A stretch of 32,000 nucleotides of DNA from Candidatus Saccharimonadota bacterium. GTDB lineage: Bacteria; Bacteroidota; Bacteroidia; Flavobacteriales; Blattabacteriaceae. The translations under genes and the position numbers were made by a program. Positions 9,837 to 19,083 of the stretch are shown here, piece after piece (within the stretch, counting starts at the first letter, position 1; the number at the start of each line of letters is the position of its first letter). The notes beneath the pieces are model-generated. The model made no database searches. It was not told where the DNA came from and worked only from the letters and a program-made list of their open reading frames with translations. The stretch is from the NCBI RefSeq assembly GCF_000709555.1, contig NZ_CP006873.1, forward strand, positions 1 through 32,000. Direction: 5' to 3'.

Positions 9837-9872
9837 ATGTCAAACAAATCTATAATGTCAAACAAATCGATT
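9837..9872 (+). repeat. 18 bp direct tandem duplication that includes the prs start codon
   Basis: ATGTCAAACAAATCTATA and ATGTCAAACAAATCGATT share 16/18 identities. They encode MSNKSI-MSNKSI. Confidence 0.9.
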
Positions 9873-10757
9873 TTGTTCTCTACAAGAAACAGTAAAGATT
9901 TATCTAAGAAAATTTCTTCATTATATGGTGAATCATTAGGAGATATTAATTTGATTGAGTTTGAAGACGGGGAGTATGAGCCATCGTTAGTACAATCAGT
10001 TCGGGGAATGCGCGTTTTTCTTATTGGTTCAACGGTGCCTCCGGCAGATAATTTAATGGAACTTCTCTTAATGTGCGATGCCGCTAATCGTGCATTAGCT
10101 AAGGAGATTATATTAGTAATTCCTTATTTCGGTTGGGCTCGTCAAGACCGGAAAAACAAATCTCGTTCTCCTATAGGAGCTAAACTCGTTACTAATCTTA
10201 TAGAAGCCTCAGGAGCTACACGAGTAATAACTATGGATTTACATGCCGAGCAAATCCTTGGTTTTTTTAAAATTCCTATAGATCATTTATATGCCTCTAA
10301 GATTTTTCTTAAATATGTCAAAGATCTTAATTTACAAAATATTACTATAGCTACTCCAGATATAGGAGGAGCTAATAGAATAAAAAACTATGCGAATGAT
10401 TTGAATGCTGACCGGGTAATCTGTTATAAGGAAAGAACAAAGTCCAATAAGATTGCCAGCATCCACCTCATTGGGGAGGTGAAAGGTAGACATGTCATAT
10501 TAATTGATGATATAGTAGATACGGCAGAAACTATAACTATGGCAGCTGACTTGATAAAAGAACAAGGTGCAAATAGCGTACGTGCTCTAGCTACTCATCC
10601 AGTCCTTTCAGGAAATTCTTATGAAAGAATAATCTCTTCTTGTCTTGAAGAGTTAGTAGTTACTGATAGTCTCTCTATTAAGAGAATTTCTTCATGTAAG
10701 ATAAAAGTTCTATCTTGCGCTGCTCTTTTTGCCGATGCAATATCTTATACACAATAA
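9837..10757 (+). CDS. prs: Ribose-phosphate pyrophosphokinase (PRPP synthetase)
   Basis: The track ORF starts at 9726, but its first 37 codons are the in-frame tail of the rnr pseudogene. The conserved Prs sequence begins at MSNKSI (9837, or the duplicated ATG at 9855). Motifs: FEDGEY, IPYFGWARQDRK, DLHAEQILGFF and the PRPP loop VILIDDIVDTAET. Confidence 0.9.
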   Translation: MSNKSIMSNKSILFSTRNSKDLSKKISSLYGESLGDINLIEFEDGEYEPSLVQSVRGMRVFLIGSTVPPADNLMELLLMCDAANRALAKEIILVIPYFGWARQDRKNKSRSPIGAKLVTNLIEASGATRVITMDLHAEQILGFFKIPIDHLYASKIFLKYVKDLNLQNITIATPDIGGANRIKNYANDLNADRVICYKERTKSNKIASIHLIGEVKGRHVILIDDIVDTAETITMAADLIKEQGANSVRALATHPVLSGNSYERIISSCLEELVVTDSLSIKRISSCKIKVLSCAALFADAISYTQ

Positions 10758-10776
10758 ATAATCTATTATTTTTCAT

Positions 10777-11364
10777 ATGAAATCTATAACCATCCAAGGT
10801 GAAAAAAGAAACAACGTAGGAAAAAAATTCACTAGATCCTTACGTAAGATTGGTAAGGTTCCTTGTGTTGTGTATAGTAATGGAGAAACTTTTCATTTTT
10901 CCACTCCTCTATCCATATTAAAACATATTGTTAATACACCTGATACATATACAGTAATCATTGAATGGAAAGAGGGAGGAAGAATTGAAACAATTCTTCA
11001 GGATGTTCAATTTCATCCGATATCCGATATGATCTTACATGCAGATTTTCTTAAACTACAAGAGAACAAACCTATCGTTGTAGAGATACCAGTAAAAATC
11101 ATAGGAAGATCTATAGCACAAGGTGGACAACTGTATATAACTATGAGAAAACTTAAGATCAGAACTCTTTTAAAAAATTTGACTGATTATATAGAAATTG
11201 ACATTACCTCTATAGGTATAGGGGGAAAAATATTGGTGAAAGACATCCTAACAGATAGGTATAGGATTCAACATCCTAATGATACGCTAATATTATCTAT
11301 AAAATCCTCACGGGAAGCCGAAAAGATTTCTAAGACTGAGGAAACAAAATCAAATAATGAATGA
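10777..11364 (+). CDS. rplY: 50S ribosomal protein L25 (long Ctc form)
   Basis: 195 aa ORF. N-terminal block GKKFTRSLRKIGKVPCVVYS is typical of L25/Ctc, and the length matches the two-domain Ctc form. The position downstream of prs is commonly conserved. Confidence 0.85.
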   Translation: MKSITIQGEKRNNVGKKFTRSLRKIGKVPCVVYSNGETFHFSTPLSILKHIVNTPDTYTVIIEWKEGGRIETILQDVQFHPISDMILHADFLKLQENKPIVVEIPVKIIGRSIAQGGQLYITMRKLKIRTLLKNLTDYIEIDITSIGIGGKILVKDILTDRYRIQHPNDTLILSIKSSREAEKISKTEETKSNNE

Positions 11365-11477
11365 GGCACAGTAGTGGGAAGTAACTAGATATCACTGCGC
11401 ATATGGCTCTACATTAGACGTTAACCTTGCGCCTAAAAAAATATTCTCCAAACCTTTCTTTAATGACTAATTTTTTT

Positions 11478-11603
11478 TATATAATTTGTTGGTTAGGGAA
11501 CATTCCGAATGTTCTATTTATAATAATAGCTTTCTCTATGTTAATTTTTTGGCTATACCAAATCGCAAAATTTGGACAAGAAGATAAAAAAATGGAATAT
11601 TAA
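11478..11603 (+). pseudogene. pth: Possible 5' remnant of peptidyl-tRNA hydrolase
   Basis: A 41-codon frame reads YIICWLGNIPNVLFIIIAFSMLIFWLYQIAK... This resembles the Pth N-terminus LIVGLGNxGxxYxxTRHNIGFxxLDxLAK, with the catalytic His region lost. pth commonly follows rplY in bacteria. The match is short and degenerate. Confidence 0.35.
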
Positions 11604-11613
11604 ATCTCTGTAT

Positions 11614-12924
11614 ATGCATCCTATTATTGCTATAGTAGGTCGGACTAATGTTGGAAAATCTACTCTTTTCAACCGGTTTTTAGGAAGTCGTGACGCCATT
11701 ATAGATTCTATTAGTGGGGTAACACGAGATAGACATTATGGGATTTTAGAATGGAACGGACGTCTATTTACTGTTATAGACACGGGGGGTTATATTACTG
11801 ATTCTAAAAATAAATTTTTAGAAGAAATACAAAAACAGGTCGTTATAGCTGTAAAAGAATCTGATATAGTTCTTTTTATGGTAGATGTTAAATCAGGGAT
11901 TATGAACGAAGATTATCAGTTAGCTCAATTATTACGTGAATCTCATAAACCAATTCTTTTAGTTGTTAATAAAGTAGATAGCGTTAAATATATCCCGAAG
12001 ACTCTAGAGTTTTATGCTCTTGGATTCGAATGTTATTATTGTATTTCAGCGATTAGTGGTAGTGGTAGTGGTGAACTCTTAGATAAACTTGGAACTATGC
12101 TTCAAAAAAGCTATACAAAGGAATCCTGTTTGGAAACACTCCCAAAAATAGCTATAGTAGGACGACCTAACGTTGGAAAATCTACTCTTATTAATACCTT
12201 ATTAGGAGAGGAACGTCATGTGGTTACCGAGATTTCTGGAACAACACGTGATGCTATCCAAGTTCACTATTCCCGTTTTGGTATCAAATGCATATTAATA
12301 GATACTGCTGGGATTCGTAAAAAATCTAAAGTTAGAGAAAATATAGAATTTTATTCTGTAATACGGGCTATCCGTGCGATCGAAAATTCTGATGTTTGTT
12401 TCCTGATGATAGATGCTCAAAGAGGATGGGAAGTACAGGATATGAATATTTTTCGTTTTATTGAAAAAAATAAAAAGGGAATAGTTATTCTAGTAAATAA
12501 ATGGGATATGATCGAAAAAGATCATTATACACTGAGTGTGTATGAAAAGATAATTAAAAACAAAATTGCCCCGTTTAATGATGTCCCTATTTTATTTATT
12601 TCATCTATTACAAAACAAAGAATTTCAAAAACTCTTGAAACCGCGTTGAAAGTATATAAGAATCGGGGTAAAAAAATAAAAACCAAATGTTTAAACGAAT
12701 TAATATTACCCATCATTCATGCTACGCCTCCCTCTACCATTCGAGGTAAACATCTAAATATAAAGTATTGTACTCAGTTACCTACTAAGACCCCGAAATT
12801 TTATTTTTTCACTAATAAACCAAAAGATATAAAAGAAAATTATAAACGTTTTATAGAAAATAAGTTACGACAACAAATTGATTTTAAAGGAGTTCCCTTG
12901 ACTATTTATTTTAGAAATAATTAA
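11614..12924 (+). CDS. der: Ribosome-associated GTPase Der (EngA)
   Basis: Two tandem GTPase domains with G1 motifs GRTNVGKST and GRPNVGKST, G3 motifs DTGG and DTAG, and G4 motifs NKVD and NKWD. The start is placed at ATG 11614 (MHPIIAIVG). The track start at 11572 is an unconserved TTG extension. Confidence 0.93.
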   Translation: MHPIIAIVGRTNVGKSTLFNRFLGSRDAIIDSISGVTRDRHYGILEWNGRLFTVIDTGGYITDSKNKFLEEIQKQVVIAVKESDIVLFMVDVKSGIMNEDYQLAQLLRESHKPILLVVNKVDSVKYIPKTLEFYALGFECYYCISAISGSGSGELLDKLGTMLQKSYTKESCLETLPKIAIVGRPNVGKSTLINTLLGEERHVVTEISGTTRDAIQVHYSRFGIKCILIDTAGIRKKSKVRENIEFYSVIRAIRAIENSDVCFLMIDAQRGWEVQDMNIFRFIEKNKKGIVILVNKWDMIEKDHYTLSVYEKIIKNKIAPFNDVPILFISSITKQRISKTLETALKVYKNRGKKIKTKCLNELILPIIHATPPSTIRGKHLNIKYCTQLPTKTPKFYFFTNKPKDIKENYKRFIENKLRQQIDFKGVPLTIYFRNN

Positions 12925-12963
12925 GGGTTAAGTTTCGATTAGTCTAAGACTTAAAATCATTAT

Positions 12964-14145
12964 ATGATTGAAAACAAATATAGGCAATGTAAAAGAGCTG
13001 TTCTCATCGGTCTTATTACTACAGAACAAGGAAAAAATAAATCTAAAGAATATTTGGATGAACTTAACTTATTGGCAGAAACGGCAAAGATAGAGGTTTG
13101 TGCTATTTTCTTTCAAAGAGTATGTAGGTCAGATACAAAAACATTTAGGTCAGATACAAAAACATTTAGGTCAGATACAAAAACATTTAGGTCAGATACA
13201 AAAACATTTATAGGGTATGGAAAATTGCAAGACATCGTTGTATACGTAAAAACACATTCCATAGATACTATCATTTTTGATGATGAACTCTCTCCTAGAC
13301 AACTAAAAAATATTAGAAAATATATTGAATGTACTATTATTGATCGTACACAACTCATTCTAGATATTTTTTATAACCGTGCAAAGACTTACTATGCTCG
13401 TACTCAAGTCGAAATGGCACAATATCAATATCTTTTACCTCGGTTGACACGAATGTGGACTCATCTAGAAAGACAGCGTGGTGGTATAGGATTTCGTGGT
13501 CCAGGAGAAACCGAACTAGAAACTGATAGGAGAATCCTACGTGATCGTATAGGATCCCTTAGGAGAAGACTCCTTAGTATTGACACCCAAATGTCTATTC
13601 AAAGAAAACATAGGAATAAATTTATTAGGGTAGCTATTATAGGATATACTAATGTTGGAAAATCTACCTTAATGAATATTCTGAGTAAGTCTACTGTTTT
13701 CATTGAAAATAAACTTTTTGCCACAGTAGATACTACTGTAAGAAAAACAGTAATTGGGAATATTCCCCTTTTAATAACCGATACAGTAGGTTTCATACGA
13801 AAATTACCCACCCTACTTATAAAATCTTTCAAATCGACACTAGATGAAGTAAGAGAATCCGATATTTTACTTCATGTTATAGATATTTCTCATGAGAGTT
13901 TCGAAGAACATATCCATATAGTACGAGATACCTTATCTGAAATAGGAATAATTGATAAACCAGTTCTAATGGTCTTTAACAAGATTGATACTGTAAATAA
14001 TCTTACATTCCAAGAGTGGAAACATAATTCCTGTATGAAATATTCTAATAAAACTGTATTTCTTTCTGCTAAGATGGGGATAGGTATTTCAGAATTGAAA
14101 CAGATGCTTTTTAATCAGATAAAAATATTGCATCAGAAACGCTAG
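12964..14145 (+). CDS. hflX: GTPase HflX carrying an in-frame tandem-repeat insertion in the N-terminal domain
   Basis: 393 aa ORF. HflX N-domain blocks (FDDELSPRQLKNI, QVEMAQYQYLLPRL, GGIGFRGPGETELE) are present. GTPase motifs are GYTNVGKST, DTVGF and NKID. The ORF contains RSDTKTF x4. Confidence 0.92.
   Translation: MIENKYRQCKRAVLIGLITTEQGKNKSKEYLDELNLLAETAKIEVCAIFFQRVCRSDTKTFRSDTKTFRSDTKTFRSDTKTFIGYGKLQDIVVYVKTHSIDTIIFDDELSPRQLKNIRKYIECTIIDRTQLILDIFYNRAKTYYARTQVEMAQYQYLLPRLTRMWTHLERQRGGIGFRGPGETELETDRRILRDRIGSLRRRLLSIDTQMSIQRKHRNKFIRVAIIGYTNVGKSTLMNILSKSTVFIENKLFATVDTTVRKTVIGNIPLLITDTVGFIRKLPTLLIKSFKSTLDEVRESDILLHVIDISHESFEEHIHIVRDTLSEIGIIDKPVLMVFNKIDTVNNLTFQEWKHNSCMKYSNKTVFLSAKMGIGISELKQMLFNQIKILHQKR
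13126..13209 (+). repeat. Perfect 21 bp x4 tandem repeat inside hflX, in frame
   Basis: AGGTCAGATACAAAAACATTT is repeated four times with no mismatch (13126-13146, 13147-13167, 13168-13188, 13189-13209). It encodes RSDTKTF x4. Confidence 0.98.
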
Positions 14146-14165
14146 ATATTACTAGTAATATTATA

Positions 14166-16544
14166 ATGTTATCTAATCGATGTTTTCACTGTAATAAAGA
14201 AGTTGTCGACAAAATCAAAGTTGATGAGAAAGTTTTCTGTTGTAAGGGGTGTAAAAGCGTATACGAAATTTTACATAAATACAGATTAGAGAAATTCTAT
14301 GAACTTAATCAGTCTCCAGGAATTTCTCCTGATGAAAAAAATATTTATAATTTTTATTTTCTTGATACCCATCAAATTAGAGAAAAATTAGTCGATTTTG
14401 ATGATGATAAAAATACATCAGTCCGATTTTTTATTCCGACAATTCATTGTAGTTCTTGTATATGGCTTTTGGAAAATCTTCCTAAAGTCCAACCGAATAT
14501 TATTCATTCAACAGTAGATTTTGGTACACGTACCATACAAGTAATTTTTAAAAAGAAAAAACTCAAATTAAGTGAATTAGCCTATTTTCTCAACAGTATG
14601 GGATATAAGCCAATACTCTCTCTTGAGAGTGTTGAAAAAAAAGAAACTTTTTATTCCCGTCACTTTTTTTGTAAAGTGGTGGTATCTTTTTTTTGCTTTG
14701 CTAACACAATGTTATTAGCTTTTCCAGAATATTTGTGGTCAAATGAAGACCTTTGGCTTGAAAAAAAGCAGCATTTTTTTCATTTATTAATGTTCTTTCT
14801 TTCTTTCCCGGTAATATTCTATTCAGCTACGGATTTTTTCAAAACTGCCTATCATGCTGTTGTCCTACAAAAAAAAATACATATCGATCTTCCTATTTCC
14901 TTGGGCATACTATCGCTTTTTTTTAGAAGTATTTATGAAGTATTGACAGGTTTTGGTTCGGGATATTTCGACAGTCTGAGTGGACTGGTATTTTTCATGT
15001 TGCTTGGACGTGTTTTTCAGATGATAACTTATCGTTATCTAGCTTTTGACAGAGATTATAAATCATTTTATCCGATTGCTGTTATCCGATGTCATAATGG
15101 TAAAGAAGAAAACATTTTGCTCTCCAATTTAAAAATAGGAGATAGAATTCTTATCCGTAATGAGGAAATTGTCCCAGCAGATTCCATACTTATAAGAGGT
15201 TCAGCTATCATAGATAACAGTTTTATTACTGGAGAAACGAGGTTGAGATCAAGAAAAGTTGGAGAACGGATTTATGCAGGTGGTCGTCAACGTGGAGAAA
15301 TTATTGAAATTGAAGTTGTTAAAAAGATAGAACAAAGTCGATTAACAAGGTTGTGGAGAAATCAAGTATTTAAGACCTCTAAAGTATATCTAGATAATTT
15401 AGTAAATACCTGGAGCTCTTATTTTACATTAGCTGTTCTAGGGATTGCTGCTGGGACAGGAATCTATTGGTATTATACTAATCCCGAAAATCTGTTTCAG
15501 TCTGTTTGCACGGTTCTGATTGTAGCTTGTCCTTGTGCATTAGCAATTTCGACTCCTTTTACTCTTGGGAATATAATGAGGATTCTTTCCCTCGACGGGT
15601 TTTATGTGAAGGATATACATACAATCGAACGGATAGCTTCAATTGAAGAATTGGTTTTTGATAAAACAGGGACATTAACTGAAAGCGAAGGAACTAATAT
15701 AGATTATAGTGGTACACCTCTTGATAAAGGTAAACGTATCTCTATAGCTTCTTTGCTTAGACATTCAAAACATCCTCTAAGTTGTTCGATATATAAACAT
15801 ATAAACGAAAAAGATGTATATCAAATACACGATTTTAAAGAAATTCCAGGAAATGGGTTACAAGCTTATGTAAATGATAATCTTGTCAAAGTAGGATCAG
15901 ACGATTATGTAGGTGTTTTAAATAAAAGGACACAAGTATTTTTCTCTATAAATGAAAAAATTTGGGGATCTTTTGTATTCTATCATCGTTATAGGTTGTG
16001 TATAAAAGAGGTATTTTGGGATCTTAAGAGTTATAAACTTTCGATTCTTTCTGGAGATAATAATGCTGAAAAAACCTTTTTACAATCGTTGTTACCTGTA
16101 GGGAGTGAAATGCTTTTCTGGCAGAATCCACAACAAAAACTAGATTACATCAGTGGCTTACAAAAAAGCGGAAAACGTGTCATGATGTTTGGAGATGGAC
16201 TGAACGATGCAGGGGCACTCAAGAAGAGTGATGTAGGTGTAGCAGTTGTGGAGCACGTAAATAGTTTTTACCCCAATTGTGATGTACTTATGCAAGCTAA
16301 TAAATTCGATCGGATTCCTTATTTGATGAAACTATCTAGAACAAGCCTGAAATTGGTGATAAGTTCTTTTCTTATTAGCTTATTTTATAATCTTATAGGA
16401 TTATCTTTTGCTGTAACTGGAACTCTTAAACCCGTAATCGCCGCTATCTTGATGCCATTTAGTTCTATGTCTATAGTAATGTTTTCCACATTTTCGACCT
16501 GGATATATGCGTGGTGGTTAAAGAGGTTTTGGAAGAAGATATAG
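14166..16544 (+). CDS. ccoI: Copper-translocating P1B-type ATPase, cbb3 oxidase maturation type (CcoI/FixI)
   Basis: 792 aa ORF. It has an N-terminal Cys-rich metal-binding region (CFHCNKEV...FCCKGCKSVYEIL) and an HMA-like IHCSSC. P-type motifs are ITGET, the transmembrane CPC (ACPCALAISTP), DKTGTLT and GDGLNDAGAL. It lies directly upstream of ccoS-ccoNO. Confidence 0.9.
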   Translation: MLSNRCFHCNKEVVDKIKVDEKVFCCKGCKSVYEILHKYRLEKFYELNQSPGISPDEKNIYNFYFLDTHQIREKLVDFDDDKNTSVRFFIPTIHCSSCIWLLENLPKVQPNIIHSTVDFGTRTIQVIFKKKKLKLSELAYFLNSMGYKPILSLESVEKKETFYSRHFFCKVVVSFFCFANTMLLAFPEYLWSNEDLWLEKKQHFFHLLMFFLSFPVIFYSATDFFKTAYHAVVLQKKIHIDLPISLGILSLFFRSIYEVLTGFGSGYFDSLSGLVFFMLLGRVFQMITYRYLAFDRDYKSFYPIAVIRCHNGKEENILLSNLKIGDRILIRNEEIVPADSILIRGSAIIDNSFITGETRLRSRKVGERIYAGGRQRGEIIEIEVVKKIEQSRLTRLWRNQVFKTSKVYLDNLVNTWSSYFTLAVLGIAAGTGIYWYYTNPENLFQSVCTVLIVACPCALAISTPFTLGNIMRILSLDGFYVKDIHTIERIASIEELVFDKTGTLTESEGTNIDYSGTPLDKGKRISIASLLRHSKHPLSCSIYKHINEKDVYQIHDFKEIPGNGLQAYVNDNLVKVGSDDYVGVLNKRTQVFFSINEKIWGSFVFYHRYRLCIKEVFWDLKSYKLSILSGDNNAEKTFLQSLLPVGSEMLFWQNPQQKLDYISGLQKSGKRVMMFGDGLNDAGALKKSDVGVAVVEHVNSFYPNCDVLMQANKFDRIPYLMKLSRTSLKLVISSFLISLFYNLIGLSFAVTGTLKPVIAAILMPFSSMSIVMFSTFSTWIYAWWLKRFWKKI

Positions 16545-16550
16545 TATTAT

Positions 16551-16718
16551 ATGGACGTGTTGATTTTAATGATATTAGTTAGCGTATCCTTAGGTCTAAT
16601 TTTTCTTGTTCTTTTCATTATTAGTGTAATAAAGGGCCAATTTTCCGAAGATGAATCTCCTGCTATCCGACTTCTTATGGACGATTTTGCTTCTGAGGAT
16701 GGGAAAGAAATCGAATGA
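16551..16718 (+). CDS. ccoS: cbb3 oxidase maturation protein CcoS (FixS); 55 aa, absent from the ORF track
   Basis: Translation MDVLILMILVSVSLGLIFLVLFIISVIKGQFSEDESPAIRLLMDDFASEDGKEIE has one transmembrane helix followed by the CcoS signature KxGQFxDxExPAxRxLxDD. Its TGA overlaps the ccoNO ATG as ATGA. Confidence 0.8.
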   Translation: MDVLILMILVSVSLGLIFLVLFIISVIKGQFSEDESPAIRLLMDDFASEDGKEIE

Positions 16719-18913
16719 AAATTCAGAAATTTTATTATGATAATCGCATAGTAAAGGCCTTTCTTTATGCTACTGGTTTTTGGATGTTTGTAGGATTCAT
16801 AGCAGGTTTAATTATTGCCTTAATGTTATTTTATCCTCAGCTTCCTGAATTTGTTTTAAAAGAACATCTTAAGAATTCTTTCGGGATGTTAGGTTATGGA
16901 CGTTGGAGAATGCTTCATACTAATACCGTTGTTTTTGCTTTTGTAGGAAATCTAATTTTTACAGGCTCTTACTATTCTTTACAACGTTTATTGAAAACAA
17001 GAATGTTCAGCGATGCGCTAAGTTGGATTCATTTTTATGGATGGCAACTTATGATTGGACTCACCTGGATTACTTATCTCCTGGGAATAAATACCAGTAA
17101 AGAATATGCTGAACACGAATGGCCTTTAGACATCCTAATTGCTATAGTATGGTGTATTTACGGAGTAAATCTTATTGGTACACTCTTAAGAAGAAGAGTA
17201 CAACATATGTACGTTTCAATATGGTTTTTCCTGGGGACTTGGGTAGCTGTTCTCGTATTGCACATTTTTAATAATATTGGGATTCCTATCGCTCTGAACT
17301 CTCTTAAGAGCTATTCGATTTATGCCGGAGTCCAGGATGCATTGGTCCAATGGTGGTATGGTCACAATGCTGTTGCTTTTATTTTGACCACGCCTATACT
17401 TGGGTTGATGTATTATTTTATCCCTAAAGCTTCGGGAAAGCCTGTTTTCTCTTATAAATTATCTATTATTCATTTTTGGTCCCTAATTTTCGTTTATATA
17501 TGGGCAGGTCCTCATCATTTAATATATACCTCTCTGCCCGGTTGGGCACAGATGCTGGGAACAATTTTTTCCATTATGTTAATCGCACCATCTTGGGGAG
17601 GTATGCTCAATGGTTTGCTCACGCTGCGTGGTGCATGGGATAAAGTCAGAGAGAATCCAATCCTAAAATTTTTTGTCGTATCAGTTACTTGCTATGGAAT
17701 GGCTACTTTCGAAGGTCCCATGCTGGCTACTAAGACATTAAATTCCATCGTACATTTTTCAGACTGGATAATTTCACATGTCCATATAGGAGCTTTGGGA
17801 TGGAACGGATTTATGGCATTTGGAGTTATCTATTGGCTAGTTAAGCGATTATGGAATACTAGATTATATTCGACAACATTAGCGAATATACATTTCTGGA
17901 TTGGGACTATTGGGATAATTTTTTATGTCATTCCGCTTTATTGTGGAGCTGTTATACAAGCTACTATGTGGAAAGAATTCAATCCGGACGGAACACTTGT
18001 GCACAAAAATTTTCTTGATACTGTAACAGCTATAGTTCCTTTTTACAAACTTCGGTTTATAGGTGGAATACTGTATTTTACAGGAGTTGTCATAATGGCT
18101 TATAATATTTATAGGACTATCCGAATAGGACGATTTATTGCAAATGAACCCGCATCAGCTGTTTCTTTCAGAGATAATTTCAACAAAATAAACTTTAAAA
18201 ATCAGACATGGTTGGAACAAAAACCAATTCAGTTTACTATATTATCTCTCATTGTAGTATCTATTGGAAGCATAGTAGAAATCATCCCTCCGTTAATAAT
18301 TAAATCTAATAGATCGATAATATCAAGTGTTAAACCTTATAGTCCTCTAGAATTAGAGGGGAGAGATATTTATATCCGTGAAGGTTGTAATGCATGTCAT
18401 TCACAGATAGTTAGACCCTTCAGAGATGAAGTAGTACGTTATGGTGAATATTCTAAAGCCGGAGAGTTTGTTTACGATCATCCTTTTCTTTGGGGTTCCA
18501 AACGTACAGGTCCCGATTTAGTAAGAGAAGGAGGTAAGAATCCCAGTTCTTGGCATTTAAAACATATGTATAACCCTAGATCTACTTCTCCTGGATCTAT
18601 TATGCCTCGATATCCTTGGTTGATTTTCCGTAAGTTAAATACGGAATCTACTATAAATAAGATGCGGACGATGATAAAACTAGGTGTCCCATATACTGCT
18701 AAAGATATTACACAATCGCAGAAAAATATGGCTGCACAGGCAGCTAAAATTGTGACAAATATTTACAATGAATCTCCTGAGATTAAACCTAAAATTTTAT
18801 ATCAAAAGAAAAAAGAAGGAAAAAGTTTTATCCCTCTTGAAAATAGGGAGATAATAGCTTTAATTGCCTATTTGCAGAAAATAGGAACGGATATTAAATC
18901 CATAGAAAGATGA
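16715..18913 (+). CDS. ccoNO: cbb3-type cytochrome c oxidase, fused subunits I and II (CcoN-CcoO)
   Basis: 732 aa ORF. The polytopic N-terminal part has heme-copper oxidase histidines (WWYGHNAVAF, GPHHLIYT, HVHIGALGWN). The C-terminal part has the CcoO heme-c site CNACHSQ. The fusion is characteristic of Bacteroidota. Confidence 0.93.
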   Translation: MKIQKFYYDNRIVKAFLYATGFWMFVGFIAGLIIALMLFYPQLPEFVLKEHLKNSFGMLGYGRWRMLHTNTVVFAFVGNLIFTGSYYSLQRLLKTRMFSDALSWIHFYGWQLMIGLTWITYLLGINTSKEYAEHEWPLDILIAIVWCIYGVNLIGTLLRRRVQHMYVSIWFFLGTWVAVLVLHIFNNIGIPIALNSLKSYSIYAGVQDALVQWWYGHNAVAFILTTPILGLMYYFIPKASGKPVFSYKLSIIHFWSLIFVYIWAGPHHLIYTSLPGWAQMLGTIFSIMLIAPSWGGMLNGLLTLRGAWDKVRENPILKFFVVSVTCYGMATFEGPMLATKTLNSIVHFSDWIISHVHIGALGWNGFMAFGVIYWLVKRLWNTRLYSTTLANIHFWIGTIGIIFYVIPLYCGAVIQATMWKEFNPDGTLVHKNFLDTVTAIVPFYKLRFIGGILYFTGVVIMAYNIYRTIRIGRFIANEPASAVSFRDNFNKINFKNQTWLEQKPIQFTILSLIVVSIGSIVEIIPPLIIKSNRSIISSVKPYSPLELEGRDIYIREGCNACHSQIVRPFRDEVVRYGEYSKAGEFVYDHPFLWGSKRTGPDLVREGGKNPSSWHLKHMYNPRSTSPGSIMPRYPWLIFRKLNTESTINKMRTMIKLGVPYTAKDITQSQKNMAAQAAKIVTNIYNESPEIKPKILYQKKKEGKSFIPLENREIIALIAYLQKIGTDIKSIER

Positions 18914-19083
18914 TAGAATTTTTTCTTACAGGAGTTCCTTATGCAGATTTACTCCAATCCTTCGTCTTAGTATTGTTCTTTTTAGTTTTTTGTTTAACTG
19001 TATTTATAGTTTATCGAAAACCTAAGAATTATTACAAGGATATAAACAATCTCCCTATTGAGGAGAATGAAACAAATCTATAG
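18910..19083 (+). CDS. ccoQ: Small cbb3 oxidase subunit, CcoQ/FixQ-like; 57 aa, absent from the ORF track
   Basis: Translation is MIEFFLTGVPYADLLQSFVLVLFFLVFCLTVFIVYRKPKNYYKDINNLPIEENETNL. It is a single transmembrane helix followed by a basic stretch, and it occupies the conserved slot between ccoNO and ccoP. It has an ATGA overlap with the ccoNO stop and a 1 nt overlap with the ccoP start. Sequence conservation in this family is weak. Confidence 0.6.
   Translation: MIEFFLTGVPYADLLQSFVLVLFFLVFCLTVFIVYRKPKNYYKDINNLPIEENETNL

Noticed and set aside
11572-11613. TTG-initiated 14-codon extension of der
   Set aside because: Der orthologues start immediately before the first G1 motif (MxxIAIVGRPNVGKS). 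ATG 11614 fits this, and the extension overlaps the putative pth vestige in another frame.
13126-13209. Considered whether the four identical 21 bp repeats could be a miniature CRISPR array
   Set aside because: The units are directly abutting with no spacers and are in frame within hflX. No cas genes or leader are present. It is a simple tandem duplication.
13113-13358. 81 aa minus-strand ORF containing the repeated peptide NVFVSDL x4
   Set aside because: It is the antisense shadow of the 21 bp x4 repeat inside hflX. It has no independent coding signal and overlaps a well-supported conserved CDS.
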